Part shown: piece by piece, positions 24,506 through 36,734 of the stretch
How positions within the stretch are numbered: the stretch's first letter is position 1
How the letters are laid out: every line of letters starts with the position of its first letter
Assembly (NCBI RefSeq): GCF_006345805.1
Contig: NC_043020.1
Span: 6,200,001-6,264,000 of the forward strand
Origin: Octopus sinensis
Lineage: Eukaryota
Reading direction: 5' to 3'
DNA length: 64,000 bases
The notes under the pieces: model-generated
Seen by the model: the letters and a program-made list of their open reading frames with translations, nothing else
Databases searched by the model: none
What the model was told of the DNA's origin: nothing
Position numbers and translations under genes: made by a program

Positions 24506-24868
24506 GGACACAGAAAAAAACAAGGAGAGAAACAAGGAGAGAAAAAAATGTGTGTAGTGGCTAACGATCTATCATGACGTTTGAATATCTCCAGCTGCAT
24601 CTCTCCTACATACGGATCACAGTGGACTCTGCTATATATGTATATATATATCGTTTGTAGAAAATATAAATCCGAAAGAAGCACACAAAGATGTAGATCT
24701 GTATATATTGATTAAAAATGGGGAAGGCCGGTTTATGGGATTACCTTAAGTTTTCCGTCCATGAAGGGTTTGTTTAGCTTTATGGCGTACGCCCATAAAG
24801 CCAAACCCTTAGACCAGTCTTCCCCATTTTTACTTTGTGTGTGTGTGTGCGTGTGTGTGCGCGCGCGT

Positions 24869-25671
24869 GAGGCGCAATGGTCCAGTGGTTAGGGCAGCGG
24901 ACTCTGGTCATAGGATCGCGGTTTCGATTCCCAGACCGGGCGTTGTGAGTGTTTATTGAGCGAAAACACCTAAAGCTCAAACAGGCTTCGGCAGGGGATG
25001 GCGAACCCTGCTGTACTCTTTCACCACAACAGTCTCTCACTCATTATTCTTGTTGCTGTTGTGCCTGTATTTCAAAGGGCCAGCCATATCACACTCTGTG
25101 TCACGCTGAATCTCCACGAGAACTAAGTTAAGGGTACACGTGTATTATTTCTTTATTGCCCACAAGGGGCTAAACACAGAGAGGACAAACAAGGACAGAC
25201 AAACGGATTAAGTCGATTTTATAGACCCCAGTGCGTAACTGGTACTTATTTAATCGACCCCGAAAGGATGAAAGGCAAAGTCGACCTCGGCGGAATTTGA
25301 ACTCAGAACGTAGCGGCAGACGAAATACCTATTTCTTTACTACCACACAAGGGGCTGAACACAGAGAGGACAAACAAGGACAGACAGATGGATTAAGTCT
25401 ATTTTATCGACCCCAGTGCGTAACTGTAGTTATTTAATCGGCCCCGAAAGGATGAAAGGCAAAGTCGACCTCGGCGGAATTTGAACTCAGAACGTAGCGG
25501 CAGACGAAATACTGCTAAGCATTTCACACAGCGTGCTAACGATTCTGTCAGCTCGCCGCCTGGGTACACGTGTCTGTGGAGTGCTCAGCCACTTACGCGT
25601 TAATTTCACGAACAGGCTGTTCAGTTGATAGAATCAACAGGAACCCTCGTCGTCGCAACCGACGGAGTGCC
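24869..25671 (+). mobile_element. SINE family 3 interrupted by a SINE family 2 dimer (25144-25561, minus)
   Basis: 12-bp TSD gggtacacgtgt at 25132 and 25562. Confidence 0.9.
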
Positions 25672-25709
25672 GAAATATTAAATATATATTATATATATAT
25701 ACACACACC

Positions 25710-25741
<32 letters not shown>

Positions 25742-25875
25742 GATATATATATATAGATATATATATATTTGGTCGTAACTTCAACCGTGCTTTTTCTGTT
25801 GTGAGTTTGCTACCCAGGTATCGGTTATCTTTCGAATTATCCGTAATAAGATAATTCATTTGTCTACTTAAATAA

Positions 25876-25908
<33 letters not shown>

Positions 25909-26388
25909 AACACATATATACATACATGTACATATACATATATGTGCATATGTAGGGTGCGACCTGGTTTTTGTGAAACCTGAATTTAATTCAAACACTA
26001 CCACGTCAATTCATTCCGTTTAAAAGATATGTTACGACCAAAATCAATAATTAAATACAAGAAGAAAAAGTAATCGAAACAACTTACAAAATATCGATAC
26101 GCGTCGCTGGAAAGACAGATCACAATGTTCTTAAAACCTGCGCAGAATTTATCATAAGCCAAGGAATTGCGTCAGTGATTAAAGATAAACTTTTGTTACG
26201 AATTTACAAAATTCCACGAAGAATTGCGTAATAAAAAAACACCTACGACGTCTTTATATTATCTTTTAGCTTTTGTCTATGTCAGTCAGCGGACTGCGGC
26301 CATACGGCAGCATCGTCTTGAAGAACTTTTAGTCGAATTATTAGAAACCAGTTCTTTCTCTTTTCTTTTTTTTTTAAACTGGTACTTA

Positions 26389-26827
26389 GGATCTTAGTAC
26401 TTTCGGTTTGAACGGCAGTTTTTAATATAATTTCTAGGTAACTAAAAAATTTTCAACTTCGTATACTGGTAGAATGTGTTTATAAAACATCTTTTTTCTC
26501 TTGGCTTTATTGAGAAAATTCTATAGTTTGTAAGATATTTGTTGGGATTTTTTTCTTCAATTTCTGCAATTTCAACCAATCACTGACGTCTATTGAGGTA
26601 AAAAAAAAACATTCTGTGCCGTATGAATATGTCCCTCGTTTAAGAAACAGATTGGGTTTATTTACATTTCTGAAGAAAAAAAGATACCCTTCCCCCACCC
26701 CTAACCCTAACTAACCCTAACCCTAAAACAGATTGAAATGCAGTAGATCGATACTAGGGTCATAATTATGGGTGAAAATTTCATATGACACCGCTAGAAA
26801 AAACTGCCGTTCAAACCGAAAAGATCC
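26389..26827. mobile_element. GGATC-ended MITE inserted in a SINE-1
   Basis: Reverse-oriented relative of 3726-4142; perfect TSD ggtactta; internal (CCCTAA)n. Confidence 0.88.
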
Positions 26828-26984
26828 GGTACTTATTTTATCGGTTTGTTTTTGCCGCTAAGTTAACAGGGACGTTAACAAACCGCTAAGTTACAGGAGC
26901 ATAAACAAACCAACACCGGTTGTCTTGGAGTTGTGGGGGGACAATGACAGACACAAAGAAACACACACATACATCAATCCTTTT

Positions 26985-27350
26985 ATTCTTTAATATTTTT
27001 CAGTCATTTGACTGTGGCCACGCTGGGGCACCGCTTTGAAGGGTTTTAGTCGAATAAATCGACCTCAGAGCTTTTTTTTTTTTAAGCCTAGTATTTATTC
27101 TATCGGCTACATTTGCCGAACCGCTACGTTACGGGGATGTAAACACAATAACACCGGTTGTCAAGCGGTGATGGGGAGACAAACGCAGACGTAAAGAAAC
27201 ACACACACATACACATATATACGACAGGCTTCTTTCAGTTTCCGTCTACCAAATCCACTCACAAGGCTTTGGTTGGCCTGAAGCTATAGTAGAAGACACT
27301 TGCTCAAGGTGCCACGCAGTGGGACTGAACCCGGAATCGTATGGGTGGGA
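26985..27350 (-). mobile_element. SINE family 1 (older)
   Basis: Diverged full copy. Confidence 0.8.
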
Positions 27351-27520
27351 AGCAATGTGTATGCGTGTTTATATATATTGTGGTGATATGCGATAAGCAC
27401 ACTCGTTTAATTTTTTAAACGTTTTCTTAAAGAAAATTTCTTTTTGAAACCACGTAAATTACGAGGGGCTGTTTTTCTAATCCGTATTTCGATTATATAT
27501 TTATGTGTGTGTATATACAT

Positions 27521-28792
27521 ATATATAAAAGTGAAGTTGTGTGAGTGTCTGTCTCCTACGATTTAGATTCCTAACTACTCCCACATTTTGCGGTGCAGTT
27601 TAACCAAATTCGGGTATCTTATAGTCGTGATTCATATCGAGCCCGTCTGGCTATTAGCGCGCGTCTACGATAAGTCTACGATTTAAAAAATAATTTAACA
27701 TCATTTTTTATTCCATTTTAATGCATATTTTTTCGTGTGTCGATGGCGGCGGAGTTGGCGTCCATGGTCACACCTGCACCTGTTTATTCTCCCCCTTCCA
27801 TCCCTCGTGAAGCTGTGGGGAAGGGAGTGTAAGGAAATCAACGTCGTAAAGCGTTGTCAAGGAGACCAGCGTTCTTTTAGAACAACGACTTCATGGCTTG
27901 AAGACACCAAAACAGAAATGGCTAAGAAAGCCCGAAAGCAAATTCTACAAAATCGGGAAACACGCCACACAGGGAAGGTTTCCCGTGCAAATAATTTGCA
28001 CAACCGAATGTTATAGTTGTTGCACAACTTTTACTTAAAAAATATTATCCAAACACAAACTTTTGAAGGCAATATTGTATGGCGATGGTACTTGTGAAAT
28101 ATGGTAATGGATTTAGTAGCCAAAAGGAGAGAGCAGAGCAGGGGCATAGTATGGTGGTGGTGGAGGCGGTGGTAGTGGCAGCGGTGGTGGCGGTGGTGCT
28201 GGTAGTGGTGATGGTGGTGGTCGTCGTGGTGGTCGTCGTGTTTGTGGTGGTGGTGGTGGTCGCCGTCGTCGTCGTCGTCGTGGGGGTGGTGATGATGGTG
28301 GTGGTGAAGGTCGTGGTGATGATGGTGGTGGTGGTGGTGGTGGTGGTGGTGGTCTTCGTGATGGTGGTGGTGGTGATGGTCATGGGCGTAGTGGTCGTGG
28401 TGGTCATGGTGGTAGTGGTGATGGTGTTGGTCGTGGTGGTGGTGGTGGTGGTGGTGGCTGAATGGCTGAAGCTGTCGTCTGGGTTCTTCCAATTTTTTCG
28501 TGTGTCGGTGGCGGCGTTGGCGTTCATGCTCGCACCTGCACCTGTGTAGCTCCTCCCCTTCTTCCCTCCCTCGTGAAGCTGTGGGGAAGGCAGGGTAGGG
28601 AAATCAACGTCGTAAAGCGTTGTCAAGGAGACCAGCGTTCTTTTAGAACAACGACTTCATGGCTTGAAGTCGCCAAAACAGAAATGGCTAAAAAAGCTGA
28701 AACAGATCCACAAAAACGGCAAAAACCGCCACACAGGGCAGGTTTCCTGTGCAAACAATTTGCACAACCGAATGTTTTAGTTGTTGCACAAA
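27521..28792 (+). mobile_element. Helitron-type composite with a duplicated ~290-bp GC block and a (GGT)n tract
   Basis: Head identical to that at 28793; GC block at 27735-28029 and 28500-28791. Confidence 0.65.
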
Positions 28793-29182
28793 TCTTTATA
28801 TATAAAAGTGAAGTTGTGTGTCTGTCTGTCTCCTACGATTTAGATTCCTAACTACTCCCACATTTTGCGGTGCAGTTTAACCAAAACCGGGTATCTTATA
28901 GTCGTGATTCATATCGAGCCCTTCTGGGTATTAGCGCGCGTCTACGATGAGTCTACGATTTAAAAAAAAAATTACCATAATTTTTTCCATTTTAATGCAT
29001 TTTTTCGCTATCATATAAGGGAAGTAACTCTCTAAAAATGTCTACGATGAGTCAACGGTTTAAAAAAAAATTACCATAATTTTTTATTCCATTTTTAATG
29101 CATTTTTTGGCTATAACTCTCTAAAAATGCTTATATAGTTATTTCCCTTACAAACCCGAGCAACGCCGGGCGATACTGCTAG
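28793..29182 (+). mobile_element. Complete short non-autonomous Helitron
   Basis: A|TC start; hairpin cccgagcaacgccggg; CTAG|T end. Confidence 0.85.
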
Positions 29183-29651
29183 TATATATATATACTAACA
29201 GAAAATATAATAATAATAATAATATAATAATAATAATAATTGTGTACAGTGCTCAGGTGCACTACAACTCATCTAAAGTGTATATATAATCAGGTGTAGT
29301 TTCGGCGGATTTCGGAAAGCATGAGGGCCTTAAAGGATGCAGTGTCATGGCAGTCAACAACTGACTAATAGACAATAGACTAATATACTAATAGACAATA
29401 TACATACTAATAGAATATATATATATATATATATACTGCATTAATAAATCTCCGAACGAGATATAAACAGTAACCGCTCGACAACGTAAAGTGTACTAGC
29501 CATCTGAATGTGGCTAGCCACTGGGGGGTGGGGTGTTACTGACGTTTTTAGCCCCAGGAGATCGACGTCTCCAGCTGGCCTTAGACACAATTTCAGTGCC
29601 CTTGTGTTATTTGCAAAGGGAGGTCATCCTCCCTCGAAAACCTAAGTGATA

Positions 29652-29696
29652 CATACGGACTATAGTTTCAAGGTTTTTGCCTCTCGTCAACGCATG
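29652..29696 (-). ncRNA. Minimal type I hammerhead, family C (UUGACGA core)
   Basis: catgcg-UUGACGA-gagg/caaaaa/cctt-GAAA-C-tata-GUC-cgtatg; 6-bp stem I and perfect palindromic stem III actatagt. Confidence 0.7.
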
Positions 29697-29879
29697 GTAA
29701 ACACCGGTTTTCGATGAAGGAGACCTTTGCAAATAATATTTAACGTTTTTCTCAGCAACCACAGTCACTGATTTAGAAAAACTGTCTGAAAGCATTAATA
29801 AATCTCCGAACGAGATTTATATATAAATCTCCGAACGGGCACATAGAGATGATCGGCAGTGCTCTAAAAGAATACGAGG

Positions 29880-30600
29880 CGGGGACAAGAGCAAAAGTTA
29901 AATAGCAAAAATCAGTGGGCTTGCAGTTCTGCCCCTGGAGGGGAGGACTATGTCGTCCAACAGTGTCGAGAGTGACTGGACGGATCTGCTAAATTGATAA
30001 GGTGGGTTGATTTGATTTAGTCCAGATCTCCAAGTGGAGAAGAAATCGGACAAGGTGCCGAGCAGAGTAACCCAACTCACCTAGAGATGGGCCGAAAGAA
30101 AACTATACCTGAAAGGCCGAGCAGAAGTGGCGAACGCTTATATCACTTCCGTCACATATTAACACCTGTCCATCTTACCGAATTGGAGCGGTTGCTTTTT
30201 CACTTTTCGTGGAAGGGACGTTTTTCACTGGTCAGGCACTCCTTTTGTGGTCAACACCTGCTAAGTGAAGGACTGAGGAAATCGTAGCTGATCATGTGCA
30301 GACACGCATTGTGTTTGTTGAAAGGTGGGTGATAGCAACGAGAATGGTCCAAGTGAACGGGTCTCCTCTGAGCATGTGCCTGTAAATTAAAATAAGAGGG
30401 TGGTTAGAGAGCACTCGCTATTGCGGTCAGGACAATCGTGGTTTTGTTGGGTTTCCAGAGCAGCCCTTAAAAATCTCCCTTCTTTGGGGGAATTTTGTCT
30501 TGTTTAAATTTTTGCCCCTTCGTTTTCGTTATTTTACTGTTTACACGCTTTAATATAACTCCACATCATATTTGTTTCGATTTTTGGCACACAAGACCAG
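29880..30600 (+). mobile_element. L1/Tx1-clade LINE remnant
   Basis: DLQVEKK..RWAERKLYLKGRAEVANAYITSV, LERLLFHFSWKGRFSLVRHSFCGQH and ERWVIATRMVQVNG. Confidence 0.75.
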
Positions 30601-30652
30601 CAGTTCAAAGGGAAACGTTTCATCTCCAGAGAGGCCCTTGCATTGGTGGTAG

Positions 30653-30804
30653 TACTGGCGTAGCTAGAATGTGTGCCGCTCGAGGCGGCCCTTCAGTTTG
30701 TCGTCCCCAAACTCCACAAAAAACATATATTGCCTATAGCAGACCCAAAAGTGCTGCCCGGAGCGGATCGCCCCTACCGCACCTCACTCCCAGCTACGCT
30801 AGTG
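30653..30804. mobile_element. hAT-type MITE
   Basis: tactggcgtagct / agctacgctagtg; TSD ggtggtag / ggtggtaa. Confidence 0.65.
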
Positions 30805-31018
30805 GGTGGTAAAATGCTGCGACAGGACGAGACCGGATGGGAACCTAAGTGATTTGCTTCGAGAGTTGTAATGCGGAGTAGTCATAGCAACGAGTCATAG
30901 CAACGAGGCATGACAAGGAAAAGCGGGTTCGAGGGATCTGAGAGTCGACTTCACACTTCTGACTCGCGTATTACCCATAAAGGACTCGCTATACTCAGCG
31001 GGAATGGACAGAGCCCAT

Positions 31019-31437
31019 CATCATCATCATCATTGTTCGACCGTGATCGAGACAATGGAATTTACTATGCTACGCCAGACTTCACGGTCCATCATAGCAT
31101 TACGGAGGTCCTGTTGCTGGATGCCTGTATCCCTGGAGATTACATCAGGGTAGGAGAGTGTGCGCCCTCTGGTATCGCGAGTAGATGGCTTCCAGAGGAG
31201 AAGAGTAGAAATTACCTCTTTTTCAGCTCTACAACAATGTCCAGCAAACTGGACTCTCCTACCCTTCACAAGAGATGACACAGGTGGTAGTTTCCCATAT
31301 ATTTGCATTTTGGTTGGATGACGCTTCCACGAGAGATTTTGAGCTCTCATAAGGAGGCGAGTGTTGGATGGAAATCCAACCGCCTCTCAAGCTTCTTTGA
31401 TAACGTCCATTGGTTCGACTGTGGCTTTGAAGACAAA
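31019..31437 (-). mobile_element. RTE-clade LINE 3' end
   Basis: FKATVEP..WTLSKKLERRLD..MRAQNLSWKRHPTK..RRVQFAGHCCRAEKE..MMDREVWR; (TGA)n tail. Confidence 0.85.
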
Positions 31438-31898
31438 GCCCACTCGGTGTTTTAGAATCTTAGCCTCGGAGCGCTCCTGATGGAGGAGCCTAGACGGTGG
31501 TGCCCTGAGGATTTATATCAGGTGGACCCACATAGTACTGTTCCAAATACCACAGTGACCTCAGCACTGGTGACCGGCCTACAAATTAGTGGAGTCACAG
31601 TAAGGGGAGAGAATAACCCATTCAATTATAATTTAGTCTAATCAAGACTGGCAAGGGAGACAACTTCTAAATTATATATTTATATATATATTTATATATA
31701 TATAAAACAAGCAAAATGGCTAGTTATACAATTTCCAGATGAGATAGAGCAGTAAAGCGAGTAGCCACATCAAAGTGGCGGATTCTCCGTCAGCTGGTTT
31801 TCGACGCAAGCTCTGCACCCTTATACATCGCTAGCAGAGGGAGCGAACCCCTGCTACTATATACAAATATATAAACACACACACACACCACACACACA

Positions 31899-31967
<69 letters not shown>

Positions 31968-32153
31968 ACAAACACAAATATATATATATATATGTATAAA
32001 AAATACATATAGAAAAATACAAAATGGGACAAGAACGCAAAACACTCAAATAGACGACACAAAAAACAGACGGGTCATTCGAAGCCTCTCTCTATATTTT
32101 TTATACATATATTATTGCGGCGTAACGTACATCTTGTTCTCTTATGTATATAC

Positions 32154-32193
<40 letters not shown>

Positions 32194-32296
32194 TGGAGTA
32201 AACACATAAATGTGAAACAAGGTGGAAAAAAGAGTACTCAAATACCAGTGGTAGAGTAATATGCTTTATTTAAAGCAGCAGAAAATTCAACAAAAC

Positions 32297-32334
32297 CTGT
32301 TACTCTGAGTTTCACGTTTCCGTTCGTCGGACAG
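32297..32334 (-). ncRNA. Minimal type I hammerhead, family D (CCGACGA core)
   Basis: ctgt-CCGACGA-acg/GAAA/cgt-GAAA-C-tcaga-GUA-acag. Confidence 0.7.
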
Positions 32335-32349
32335 TTTTTGCTAGAAAAA

Positions 32350-32387
32350 CTGTCCGACGAACGGGAACGTGAAACTCAGAGTAACAG
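32350..32387 (+). ncRNA. Minimal type I hammerhead, family D (CCGACGA core)
   Basis: ctgt-CCGACGA-acg/GGAA/cgt-GAAA-C-tcaga-GUA-acag; stem III palindrome actcagagt; predicted cleavage after 32383. Confidence 0.7.
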
Positions 32388-32809
32388 GTTTTGTTGAATT
32401 TTCTGCTGCTTTAAATAAAGTATATATTTATATATATATTTCCGAGGAAGCAACCTTGAAATTTTAACTGTTTCTCTGTTTCTTTTATTGTACGGGTTAG
32501 TTGAACTGAGTTAAACGTTCGCTGGTTCTGAGCTTAATCATTGGCTTCAAATTTTAGCACAAGGCCAGCAATTTCAGGGGACGGGGTGAGTCGATTGCAT
32601 CAACCCCAAGGTTCGACTGGTACTCCGTTTATCGACTCCGAAAGGACGAAAGGTAAAGTCAACCTCAGCGGAACTTGAACTCAGAACGTAAAGACGGACG
32701 TTTTATGCTTGCGAAGGATTTTTGTCCCGGTGAGCCAACGTTTCTGCCAGCTCTCCGCCTTTCTGAGCTTAATTACGGATGCCAATTTTCCAGGCTTAAA
32801 TTATTTAAT

Positions 32810-32869
32810 GTTTCCGTCGTCGTCGTCGTCGTCATCATCATCATCATCAAAATCATCATCATCATCATC

Positions 32870-32935
<66 letters not shown>

Positions 32936-33072
32936 TTCTTCATCACCATCATCATCATCATCTTCAACATCATCGTCGTCGTCATCATCATCATCATCAT
33001 CACCACCACCATCATCGTCATCATCATCATCATCATCATCACCATCATCATCGTCATCATCATCATCATCAT

Positions 33073-33104
<32 letters not shown>

Positions 33105-33208
33105 CCACCACCATCATTGTCATCATCATCATCATCATCACCATCATCATCGTCATCATCATCATCATCATCAAAATCATCATCATCATCATCATCTTCA
33201 TCATCATC

Positions 33209-33266
<58 letters not shown>

Positions 33267-33275
33267 TCATCATCC
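32810..33275. repeat. (ATC)n trinucleotide tract
   Basis: Source of the poly-I/S/D/M ORFs. Confidence 0.95.
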
Positions 33276-34454
33276 AGTCTGGCAACTTGCCCGGACCGAT
33301 GCAATCTTTCCCGCATCAGATGTTCCGATCGAGCGATGAGCTATGAAAAATCTAGCTTGTGTTTTAAGCCACATCGGTCTTTCCACCGGATGAAACATTT
33401 TGTCTGCACTCGCCACAAATACAGATAAAAGCAGTAGATCGCTAACTAAACTTGGTTCATCCTGGCCATTGACAATTCATATTCTGTTCATCCGCTCAGC
33501 CTCCAGTAATATCATTAATTCAGTAAATTCATTTGCTGAAATAGCCCACATCCCCAGATGTCCTGATTGAGCGATGAGTGTTTGGCTTTGGTTTTAGTCA
33601 CAACGGTCTTTCTGTAGCTGGAATATCTCCTCTGTGCATGTCGTGACTTCAGATGACAGCCGCAGTTTGCTAAATGAACCGGTTGGTCCTGGCCATTGAC
33701 ACTTTGTTGTCTGTTCTTCCGCTCAGTATCTTGTGATATCCAACACTAATTCAATAAGTTGTCTTGCAAACAACTTGCACATGCAAGTGCTACCAGTTAA
33801 AAGCTCCATATACCGGAAGCTAGCAAGTGTATGGGGTCATCAGGAGAGAATGCGCGCCGTTTTGGGGCCTACCTCTCGATGGCATCAATGCGCACCGGCC
33901 CCCCTCACTGATATGAGGCCCCGCTTGCTAGATCAGCTGGTTATGAAGAACTCAATATACTTCTAGCCATCACTCATCGTCTCTTTTTAACCAAATCCAG
34001 TGGCTAGCCTTCTCCACTGTAGATTGGATATCAGTCATGGTGGTATTGACTTTACAATGAGTTAGGCCTAGCGATATATCAACATAGTTCACATTTATCC
34101 TGCTGCATCCCATGATTTATGTGGGTTATGGGGCTACATGTCCTTTAACCCATAACTGGAACCCTGACACATGCTACAACTCTGGGATGAAGCAGATCCA
34201 GGAACCGAAGAGAGTAAGATGTGGTTCCATGTTCCTCAAACCCATGGAACGTCTGAACCAGGACCTCACTCTCAGATGCAGTTTAAAGACATACCAAGGA
34301 CTTTATGCCCAGCACATCCTTTTACATACATACATACATATAAACATACATACATTTACATACACACACATGCATGCATACATACATACATACATACATG
34401 CATACATACATACATATATACATACATACACATACACACACATACATACATACA

Positions 34455-34780
34455 CACACATGCAAATCCCTGTCGACAATAACACCCAGGTCACGTTCAC
34501 ACGAAGACTTTTTGAGATTAGTGTTGTGGAGGGAGTAAGTAGACGCTGGGTTTTTCCTCCCAAAATGCATGGTGGTCCATTTGTCCACAGCCAGCTTGAG
34601 TTGCCAGTCCTTGATCCACTGCTGCATTGTGTCATGGTCTGATTGCAATACAGATCTATAGGGTACAGGATCTGACCTCTTTATTTCGAGGTACAGCTTG
34701 ATGTCATCTGCATATTTCAGCACTGTAGCATTCTTTAAGTTGGCATCTATGTCATTAACATATGCAACAAATAAATAAAT
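34455..34780 (-). mobile_element. CR1/L2-like reverse transcriptase fragment
   Basis: FVAYVNDIDANLKNATVLKYADDIKLY..WQLKLAVDK..ERDLGVIVDRDL. Confidence 0.85.
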
Positions 34781-34789
34781 AAATAAATA

Positions 34790-36734
34790 AATTTATTACT
34801 ATCCCTAAATATAAAGTAATAATTAGAGATTCTTTTAGATAACTGAGAAGAACTACCTATATAGAAAAAGACATTGGTACCAGGAGTAATTTTATACTGG
34901 TATGTAGAGTTTTTAGTCTTAGAATTACTAGACATAAACTTAATTCTGTTGTTGTTAATATTTCTAGGGGGATGGTTAGTATTAGCTAAATTAATGTTAT
35001 TATTTTCAGTAATTGGATTCTTATTTAACAGGCTAATATTATGGGAAGAGATAATCTGTGAAAGGTTTTCTTTATTGTGTTAGAAAAACCAATCCTAACT
35101 GTGTGAAAGTTGATAATTGAGTAATACTCTCTTTTACTCTTTTACTTGTTTCAGTCATTTGACTGCGGCCATGCTGGAGCACCACCTATAGTCGAGCAAA
35201 TCGACCCCAGGACTTATTCTTTGTAAGCTCAGTCTCTTTTGCCGAACCGCTAAGTGACGGGGACGTAAACACACCAGCATCGGTTGGCAAGCAATGGTGG
35301 GGGGACAAACACAGACACACAAACACACATACATATACATATATACGACAGGCTTCTTTCAGTTTCCGTCTACCAAATCCACTCACAAGGCATTGGTCGG
35401 CCCGGGGCTATAGCAGAAGACACTTGCCCAAGATGCCACGCAGTGGGACTGAACCCGGAACCATGTGGTTTGTTAGCAAGCTACTTACCACACAGCCACT
35501 CCTGCACCTAGAATTCTTTGGAAAATTCCTAATAATAGCTTCCTGAAACTGGAAAGGAAGTTTAGATTTAATTTGCCTCCCATAAGGAATAATCAACCAA
35601 ATAGTTTTGCTAGTAGTTGCATTATTTTTAGTCTAATTATCTTTAAAAGACATCGATTTATCTTTAGAATGAAAAAAGGAGCTTAAATAACGGTTATCTC
35701 CCTTACGCTGTAAAAAAAACATACCTCTGGTGTTGGCGACTGAATTAAAACTAAAAATGTTCATATCGTTACAACTAGATTTCATATCTCCATTACTAAA
35801 GGTAGAATAAGATTGAATGGAATTAATGAAGGTAGCTTTCTCTGTATAGTTTGCTTTAAGTAAGGCAGAGTTATGAAATTCAGCCTTGTCATTGAAAATG
35901 TCAACATTAACAGATAACTTAGATAATCTAAATGAAATATTTAAAACTAAATTCTTAGTGATTGCCCTAAAATGATTACTGAATTGGCTAATATACTTAA
36001 GACTGGTTGATGGTTTGTGGTATGGGAAGTACGGATTATTGTGTAAGTTAAGTGTAATATCTAAAAAGTTGGCTTTTGTGACATCATCATCAAAAACGAT
36101 GCCTAAACTTAGCTAAACTATTCTTAACCTTTTGTACTTTCTGGTTAGAAACATTTTGAAGGTAAAGTAACAAATCATCCCAATATAGACCTCCACTGAT
36201 GCTTGGGAACTGGTCTGCCATTTCATAAAGTATATATATACTGACCAAATCAGCTATTTGTGCTGAATCAGAACTTCTCATCGTGACATCAAAACCATCG
36301 GGTGTACTTTTATGGACCCACAGCTTGTTATCAAATTTTATTATAGATTTTTCTGGTGGCCAACACAACATCAATCTTTTCAATATATATATATATATTT
36401 GAAAATATGTCAAAAACATAAAAAGTGGAAGAGAAAAACCTTTGCTTCTCTCCAGTATTTTTAGGGTATATGAGGGTAACCCACTATGGGATATCAGTTA
36501 TCCAATATACCTCTGGTGAAGCACCCAAATGCCAAATACATAAATGCTTATAATTGCAATGCAATTAATTCATTTATTGTATTGGATGGGCGAAGGTAAA
36601 ATATTTTACCGTAAATTCATAATACAAATAAGAAAATGGAGGAACAGATTTCTTTCAATCATCGACTTACAGATAATACCAATTCATATTATTTATTAAC
36701 TATATAAATAGGAACATCAAAATTGAACAAAACA
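34790..36734 (-). mobile_element. Penelope-like element remnant (RT, thumb, GIY-YIG) with a SINE-1 insertion at 35126-35510
   Basis: DGFDVTMRSSDSAQIADLVSIYIL..GGLYWDD; LDITLNL..YFPYHKP..ISFRLSKLS; VFFYIGSSSQLSKRISN. Confidence 0.8.

Larger units (their letters stand above)
32259..32425. repeat. Fold-back palindrome, 81-bp arms, 5-nt loop
   Basis: Arms 32259-32339 and 32345-32425 with 2 mismatches. Confidence 0.95.

Noticed and set aside
32675-33428. Poly-Ile/Ser/Asp/Met ORFs, and poly-His/Thr/Val ORFs at 28.0-28.6 and 53-54.5 kb
   Set aside because: Trinucleotide repeats that are open in several frames on both strands; no flanking domain or splice support.
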